DNA of 64,000 nucleotides from NCBI GenBank assembly GCA_977017575.1, contig CDRNVI010000185.1:62001-126000 (forward strand). The letters run 5' to 3'. The notes below the pieces were generated by a model that saw only the letters and a program-made list of their open reading frames with translations, was not told the DNA's origin and searched no databases. Source of the DNA: Paramoeba atlantica (lineage: Eukaryota > Protista > Discosea). Below, piece by piece: positions 56,393-64,000 of the stretch. Each line of letters starts with the position of its first letter. Positions within the stretch are counted from its first letter, which is position 1. The position numbers and the translations under genes are program-made.

Positions 56393-57058
56393 ATGGCCGT
56401 TGATAATGGTCGCCGTACGACGGCAAAATGCTCTGTCGGCTCGCCCGGTATGAAAGTGAAACTGAAAGATTTCCAATAATGCATGTAGGCTTTGTTTTCA
56501 AGTCGTTGTTTGTGCTTCTTCAGTGATTCCAATAGCGTTGTATTGCTATCCGTATAGCTCCTTTTCTTTCAGAGACTTGCAAGTGGTATTCTTATGAGTG
56601 TAATAAGTTTGCTTACAGCGACTGTGAAAATCAGCTGCGGAAGCTCGACACACAACGTTGCGTCTCTGGTTAGCGGCATCTTTTAAGAAGGATGCAGATC
56701 CCTGACGATGATCCATTTCCTTAAAGCACAATTTCGAAGAAGTACTGTGAGCATTCTTGAAATCACACAAGATGTAATAAAAATAATAGGACAGATCTCC
56801 AAATTTAATTGGGTCCTCAACGTTCCCAGACTGAACTTTCTTCGCATTGCTTGAAATATCCGTGACCTGTCTCATTGTGGTCAACCTAAATTGGCTTGGT
56901 CCATCAGCCACCCGCTGATTAACAGCATCGCGTAGTTCGTTGCTAATACGACGCGCTGCTCGCTTCCGAGACCTTGGAGTAATATCTGACTCTTCTGTGG
57001 TCATATTAGGATAGTAACTTGATTAATGAACAGTTTAAAGTAACTAACATTATCACTC

Positions 57059-57127
57059 CTTCGTAAACGCGCTTGTTACCGGTCCCAATCCCGGCATCGC
57101 CATATTCGGCGGAGTGCGAGGGTGAAG
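57059..57127 (+). ncRNA. Degenerate twister-ribozyme-like motif
   Basis: P1 cttc/gaag, UAA, P4 ccgg/ccgg with a tcccaatc loop, ga-ggg, extra cgcc/ggcg hairpin; mismatches in P2 and both pseudoknots. Confidence 0.45.
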
Positions 57128-58198
57128 ATTTCAATACATCTATAGCACGATTATAAACATAAGAATATAATTAAACTACTCGTTTCTAGTATCCAGTAGA
57201 ACTACTACATTTAGCTCCATTTAACTAAACAATTTTACACGCCTGCAAATGTCACGCATCAATTCGTTTGGTCCCAGCCTGGCAATACTCCATTCTCTGT
57301 AACGAGGCCCATGGGCTCCGTACCCTTCGGGGTACCACCGCCCCATCATTCGTGCTGGGAGGCCCATGGGCTCCGTGTCCTTCGGGGCACACTTGCCGTT
57401 GCATTTGCGTTATACATCTTCCTCTCCAGCATGTTTTTTCTAATAAAGTGAAAACAGAATAAAAACAGAAGGGAGAGGGTGGGAAGTTGTGACGTGCTAT
57501 GGCATGCCTGGCACCCAGGGCTTGTTCTCGGTAACATGGTGCTTATGAAGGGGTGATAAAGAGGGAGTTGCTATGCCCCGTCCATGGTATCATGTTCAGG
57601 GGAACAACAACTCCCCATTATCTCGGTGTAGTAAACACGCCTTGGCTTGCCTGGCACTACGATTGCCAAAAAAAAACTTACATTAGTTCCTTAATCCTAA
57701 CTTGAGGCATGGTAGCGGGAGTCCTCTCCCTAAGAAGATTTGAAGTTGAAAAATATGGAGTGTTCGGGGGGGGGAAGGGGGGGAGTATTGTTGGTATGTT
57801 ATAGATTCTCCCATACGGAAATATCGGGGCAACACCCCGGACGTCCCGGGTTGACGCTGGGAATACGGCTTTTCAGGATATCTCGCCTAGTAGGAATATT
57901 GATTCAGAAATTCAGACCGACAATAGTGAACGCGTTAATGATTATTCGGCGGAGAAAAAAAAGAAAACTAGAAAACAAAAAGCAAACGGTTGCTTTGCTT
58001 GATGCGTTTATATCCGAATTCTTTGTTAGCGAAGATTCATCATAAATACTGAAGGAACAACTTGGTTTCTTTACATCAACACACCTAAAACATGGTTTAC
58101 CATGGGGTATCAAATGTTGCACGGCATTGAAAAGTACCCAAAAGTTTATTGAATAAATAAATTGTCCCCCTTTTCACGGGAAAATAGGGAAACTATCC

Positions 58199-58756
58199 TC
58201 CGGGGTTTGGTTACAATATTTATTAGAACTCGTGGAATGCGGCGTGCTACGTGTGGCACACGACTCTCGATCATCATCACGTGTATATTTACGTTACTTT
58301 GAGGTGCCAAAAGGGGAGGGATTGTCAAGAAGTATTGCGGATGAAACACCACTAAATGAGATGTGCAATCGCCCTCCTTGCTTGAATTTTCCAGCTATCG
58401 CTGAAATTATTCATGTAATAGCGAATTTCTCCAACGCAAACTTTTTATCAGCTGATATGTTACACTGGTTTCACCAGATTGAAATACCATCCGAATCGGG
58501 GCGTACATCAGTTAGGAGATCGATATGTAATGAGATCACGAAAATGGATGAACAGATAGGGAAACATGGACATTCTTTTCAAATTTTCTGTATTAAATCT
58601 AAAGAAAACCCAGTGGACGGGTTGACTCGAGAAGAGCATAATTATGACATAAAAGAAGGACTCCTGAGCTCAGCTCTAAGAGCTGGCTATGTAGATGTAG
58701 ACCCTATACAAGAATTGCGGTGGTTGTATAACTACCGCTCTACCCTCGATTATTGA
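58199..58756 (+). pseudogene. DIRS/TATE/VIPER-like RT-RNase H fragment, internally deleted
   Basis: YFEVPKGEGLSRSIADETPLN...SADMLHWFHQI, followed by KSKENPVDGLTR. Confidence 0.65.
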
Positions 58757-60399
58757 AAAAAGGTGAACAAAAACAGTGAAAATATAAAGAGGAACACAGT
58801 AATAATAGAAGTGTATAATAGAAGAAAAAAATATAAGAGGGCGCTCCGGTGGTACAAAATTGAAAAAAAAAATTGAAAAAAATGGGGGTCCAGGGGGTCT
58901 TTTATTTCTAATTTTTTGTTTTCAAAATCGAGCGCAGGGAAGTGGTAGAGTATGCCGCGGCGATAATTCCCCCCCCCCCCCCCTAGGGGTACCCCCCCCT
59001 GGTACGCGCAGGAGGGGTCCGACAAGGTCAAATTTTCCGATTTTTTTTTTTGAACCCAAAAAAAAAAGTAAAAATAATAATTTTCCAAATTCGACTCTTA
59101 AATCGTATTTGGAGAGTTTGGGACCTCAGCTAGCATTCTACGACGTTTGTTTCGACAGATTCGCCTCCAACCCCTATTGGTAAGGCTTCCAAATTCGGCC
59201 CAAATTCGGTGTAAAATTTCGCAATTTTTGCCGAAAAATCGAGCTTTTTCCCCCAAAAAAGTAGATTATTCATGATCTTTCCGAGATTTTTCTTTTTTAG
59301 GCTCTTCCTTACAAGCGGAGGTAGTTTTCAACGCGAAGCGCACAGCACGAGTGACTTCTAAGTTGAAAACAACCACCGCGTTTAACGAAGATCCTAAATA
59401 GAAAGCGTGACTGGAGGAAACAAATATACGAATCTAGAGTAATTAGTAAAATTTATGAGTGGGTAGCATGAGGAATGGCAAAGAAAGTAAATCCAAAAAA
59501 AAGACGTTAACCAAAAGTTTACGCCAACCCTTTGTTCTATTGCAGTGAAAGTTTTCTACTCCCTTATACAGTAAAATCTCCGTATTTCATCTTCCGAAAA
59601 CTTTCTACAAATGCACCCTGGTCTCACACCCCAGCCTTCTCGACGCATAAGTAAAACCGTGCTGCCGGGGAGATCACTCGGTTGTGGGAGCGGCCACATT
59701 AAGTGGGAAGCGACTGGGCTGCGAAATGAACCCAAAATAATTTTTTCGGCAAGCGTAATGCCAGGCAAGCCAAGGCGTGTTTACTACGCCGAGATAATGG
59801 GGAGTTACTGTTCCCCTGAACATGATACCATGGACAGGGCATATCAACTCCCTCAGTTATGACTTTGATTAAAAGTATACGAGTGTGGGAAAAAGTATGG
59901 GGAATGGTAAGAATTTGGATAAAAGGTACGAACGCCCTTACGTAGGTCCCAGAGGCACAATAACATCGTATTTTGCACCACAAGAAAGCAGAAGCTCTGC
60001 ATTAGTAGCGAAAAAAACCCCTGTATCACTTAGAACACAATTAGATAGGATAACGTAAGACTTTTTAGAAGTCACTCTGTAGACTAAAATATGTGGTAAC
60101 AGGGGGTAATAGGAGGTAATTACCACCTATTACCGTCCAGGGTATGTAATAAGGTAGAAGGTGAAAGAGGGACTAAGACTAAGTAACTAAAGTTACTTAA
60201 ACGTTTATTGATGCGAGAGAAGAGGGGAGGAAGGAGAGAGGGAAGAAAAGACGGAAGGCGAATGCGAAGAAGGGGGCGAGAGGGGGAGACGAGATGGAGA
60301 AGAGGTCGGGGGGCGGGAGATCTACCCTTTCAGCAGGAGAAAATAGTTTGCACCATACAAGTGAGGAAAATTCGATGAAAAGTGATTTTACTATTGATA

Positions 60400-61617
60400 A
60401 TACAAAATGCCTTTCAAGGCATACCTCCTGGCATTTCTGCCAAAGATCTGCGACGCAACCTTTGTGCGGCAACTTTGGGTAACGCCCCGACGGCAGCCCA
60501 ATTGGGCCGCATGAGGCAGATCCAGAATGTGCACTCCACCAGGTGGATGAGTGTCCTACCGAACAGGACGGAGTACTACATGAGGGACCCGCAGTGGAAG
60601 ACTGCGGCCCGTCTCCGGTACCTGGTCGCCCCTACCACGGAACCTGAGCTCCAGTGCGTGTGCGGTGCGACCCTCAGCAATGAGGAGTTTTGCGTACACG
60701 CACTGGATTGCAAGAAGGTTAAGGGGAAAATACAGGCCTCCCGCCACAAGGAGGTCAAAGAAGCGTTCCGGAACCTCCTGGTCCACTATCATAGTGGACC
60801 CGGGACTATGGGTTCAACCCGGACCTCCACAAGCCGAGGTTCGACAACGGACGGGGGCCAGACATCTGTTTCCAGCTGGGACGGAAGATCGTCCTAGTTG
60901 ACGTCACAGTTGTGAACCCACTGGCCCCGTCGTACGTGGAGAAGGAGGCCGCGGAGCCATCCTACACGCTGAGGATGGCCGAGGCCAACAAAAGGCGCTC
61001 TCATGAGGAGATGGCGCTTGTCAGGGGCATGGAATTTCACCCCCTGGCCTTCTCCACGTACGGGATCCCGGGCCCAGAAACCTTGAACTTCCTCAACAAG
61101 GTGGCCCGGGCCCACTTTTCGGACAAAAATGGGTGTATCGCCCATCTCTTGGTGGCTATCCAAAAAAAAATAATCCAAATCATTCCGGATTGCTCCGGAT
61201 CACTGGCAAGCCAGACCCTTCATAGACAGATTTGGAAGTTCCGAGGCCGACGCCCTCTACCAGTTTCCGCTTGTCCAAGGCGGCAACAACATGCTGTTAC
61301 CAACACGCTGCGTCGACGAATTGTACGTCAACACGGCCCACCCAAGCGGTGCAAGCCGGGTAAGGGAGCTGGTTCCCTGAGGGGACGGTCCTCCGAGTAC
61401 TGGGCCTAGTCGGTTCTCAGCCCAGCCTCTTAGAGTGAGGCCGCCGGTAATAATGCGATGAGCGGGTTTGAACTCGCCGTCTGAGCACCATGTGCTTCAA
61501 ACTTTGAATTCTTGCCACTCCGCCACCTCCGCCCTGGTGGCTATCGGGGTGCCCATCCAGAGAAGGAACGCCAAGATCGTACAGGACTGGTACCGCCGCG
61601 GGGTGAGGGGGTAGGTT
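60400..61617 (+). mobile_element. Degenerate family-B CRE 3' portion, interrupted by a SINE
   Basis: Strong similarity to 2390-3206; frameshifting palindromic insert near 60781-60810; no poly(A). Confidence 0.85.
61161..61534 (-). mobile_element. tRNA-headed SINE with an 11-bp TSD (tggtggctatc)
   Basis: TSD at 61150-61160 and 61535-61545; removing it restores the family-B coding sequence. Confidence 0.88.
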
Positions 61618-61936
61618 AGGGCGGGGGGAGGCTTTCGGTGGGCCTAGGGGGGGTATTCCCCCCAAAAATACAAAATAATTAATCAGCAATACGACTGAGT
61701 GAGAAAGATAAAAAAATGTTTTCGAAAAACAGTACCATGGTGCGGACAAAATTCCATGTCCGGACCAGTGTCCTGAAATTACTCCCCCAAAAAAGCATAG
61801 CCCCCCGTAACAGAGATTTGTCCATTTTAGTCCAAAACCCTTTCTATTACTGGGATAGTATACAGTAGTACTATTTCCAATTTGTGTAATACATCGTACG
61901 CTGCTTGTTGGTAACAGTACCCGTCAATATATTGTA

Positions 61937-62564
61937 GTGACATTCATGCGTTGTTTTCACATGATTTCCAGATTTCTTCCACACTGTAAAGACACGCATA
62001 TTCCCAAGTTCATTAACTTAACTTCACGTGCGAGCAAGGTGAGAGGAACGCATCTCCCTCCGGAATATGAGCTTGAAAAGTTTCTCAGTGACGTACAAAA
62101 TCCACATGAGTCATGGAGTACTGCCACACCTGCATGTGAGTGGGATGGAGTGAAGTGTAACGACGAAGGGGAAGTTATTATCATTGCTTGGTATGGTCGA
62201 AAGCTGGTTGGTACAATACATTGGGGTTGCATTCCACGTTCTGTGACTAATGTAGAGCTCAGCTCTAACCAGTTAAGTGGGAGTGTGTGTTTTGCATCCC
62301 TTTCTCGAGACATGGGTAGATTGTTCCTTCACGAGAATATGTTCACAGGTGAGCTACACTTTGAAGATCTACCTCCTCGCATGTATCTTCTGAATGTCTC
62401 GAAAAACCAGTTTACTGGTTTTGATTGATCTTTCATGCCTAGAAGAAATGAAAATTTTGGCATTGCAGATAACGGGTAATCCGAATCTTGAGGGATCAAT
62501 TCCAAAGCGCATGCTGCCTGATGTGTATTACTGGAGATTTCCTGTGTCCTGGATTCAGAACTAA
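61937..62564 (+). pseudogene. LRR gene with a +1 frameshift near 62424
   Basis: The shifted frame continues VDLSCL...NPNLEGSIPKR, matching the 53739 paralog. Confidence 0.75.
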
Positions 62565-64000
62565 ATTTATATGGACCTACAGAGGTGGACATCAAAGTAG
62601 GGGGGTGGGTCAAAATTTGCAAAACGTTTTGAAACGAATTACCGTGAAAACATTAATTAAGAATAACATAAATTAAGGTAACTTTTTTTTGGCACATAAT
62701 TATTACCTTAATTTCTGGTACCTTAATTATTGGTACCTTAATTATTGTTCGGAACTCATATTTCCGATGTCGATATCTTTCGAAACTTGAAGAAAATTCA
62801 GTTGAAAGTACCTATAACACCTGTAATCAGGTGAGTTAGAATATTAGTCCATGCAGAATATAGTCCATACGTAGAATCATCATTCGGAATTAGAACATTA
62901 GATAACACACTTTTAAACTCGCGCACCTGTGTATTTAAGTTAGCAATGTTCAGCCTGGTTTAGCCCAAATACGTGTAAGCTGGTAATAGCATTCACATTG
63001 CCCTGGTTAGCTTGCGTTTTAAACATGCCTACCTTGTACGATTTTTGAATACACGCTGATAGATTCTAAGTTGAAAATAATCACCGCCTTTCACGAAGCG
63101 ACTAGAATAGAAATTAATTATTGCAGCAGATTTTCGGAAAAATGAGTGGCACATAATTATTACCTTAATTTCTGGCACCTTAATTTCTGGTATCTTAATT
63201 TTAATTACCTTAATAAGTATTTTGACGGCACTGTACCCCCTATTTACTATTGAGTGCTCAACCCCCCCTATTTAGTGTTGAATTTTGGGTTCGGTGCGCA
63301 TAAGCGCCGCTTCGCGGCGCTTTTTTTATTTACAAAAACGTTTTTTTCTTATCTTTGCTTGTTATTTGTGATTGTTTACCGATTTCTACTGATTTACTTT
63401 AATCATACAGGATGATACTTGCAATCATCAAAAAGCAAGACTATAAACGTTGGTCTCATTTTTGGTGGGCGGGGTCGTATTCATTCTTATTTTGTTTCTC
63501 CTTTATACTTTCCCCCTTTACAAGCTGTCCCCCCACAGGCCTTTATACAAAATCCCCCACAGCGTTCATAAAGCTGTATCCCCAACCGAGTGAAAAAATA
63601 CTACAATCATGGCATACTGTTATTTATTGGCTTCCTTTCATAGGAGGATAAGTCAGGTGTGTGCCCTCTATGGTTGAGATTGCTCCTGTGTTGGCACAGA
63701 CCCTTCGAGCACAGCGGACCTAGACTGAAACTAGGGGGACATATCTCTTCGGAGACACACGGTCTTGTGATAAAACAAAAAAGGTTTGGAAAAAAAATAC
63801 GCTTTTTTTTGGGGGGGAGGAGATTTCTTACCCCCCCCTATTTAGTGTTTAATTTTGCCGAATTTCACTCAACACTAAATACATGTAGGAGGGGGACAGT
63901 AATTAAAATAGCGTTTGAAAATAATTAATTAAAAGTGGAGTTACGTGTCGTCCAACCATGGATTTCCCGCGGGTATAGAGACTCTCATTTTCCTAAGAAG

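Noticed and set aside
56393-57004. Minus-strand ORFs 56546-57004 and 56176-56532
   Set aside because: Probably an element fragment, but no diagnostic motif was recognised.

Overview
Eukaryotic DNA from a euglenozoan, most likely a kinetoplastid (Perkinsela/Prokinetoplastina-like is my inference). The evidence is a kinetoplastid-type spliced-leader (SL) core GATACAGTTTCTGTAC and intronless genes that all lie on the + strand. (1) 1773-18704 is a head-to-tail, same-strand chain of 15 polyadenylated retro-copies bracketed by a 9-bp direct repeat (tttgatttt). It holds CRE/SLACS-clade non-LTR retrotransposons (RT plus restriction-like endonuclease) of two families, their truncated 3' ends and non-coding RNAs. 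One element is full length, begins with the SL exon, and appears to carry an ataxin-2/Pbp1 LsmAD domain at its N-terminus. Most family-A 3' UTRs carry a ~230-nt covarying structured RNA that I cannot assign to a class. (2) About 12 dispersed plant-type LRR paralogs, four of them disrupted; one subfamily ends in CaaX-like boxes. (3) Three dispersed SL-RNA-derived units (exon + GT intron-like hairpin) inserted in or next to genes, and three tRNA-headed SINE copies, two with TSDs. (4) Many DNA transposon relics and MITEs (Tc1, pogo, hAT, Harbinger-like), a DIRS/TATE-like RT fragment and a degenerate twister-like motif. All calls are by eye; no searches or folding programs were run.
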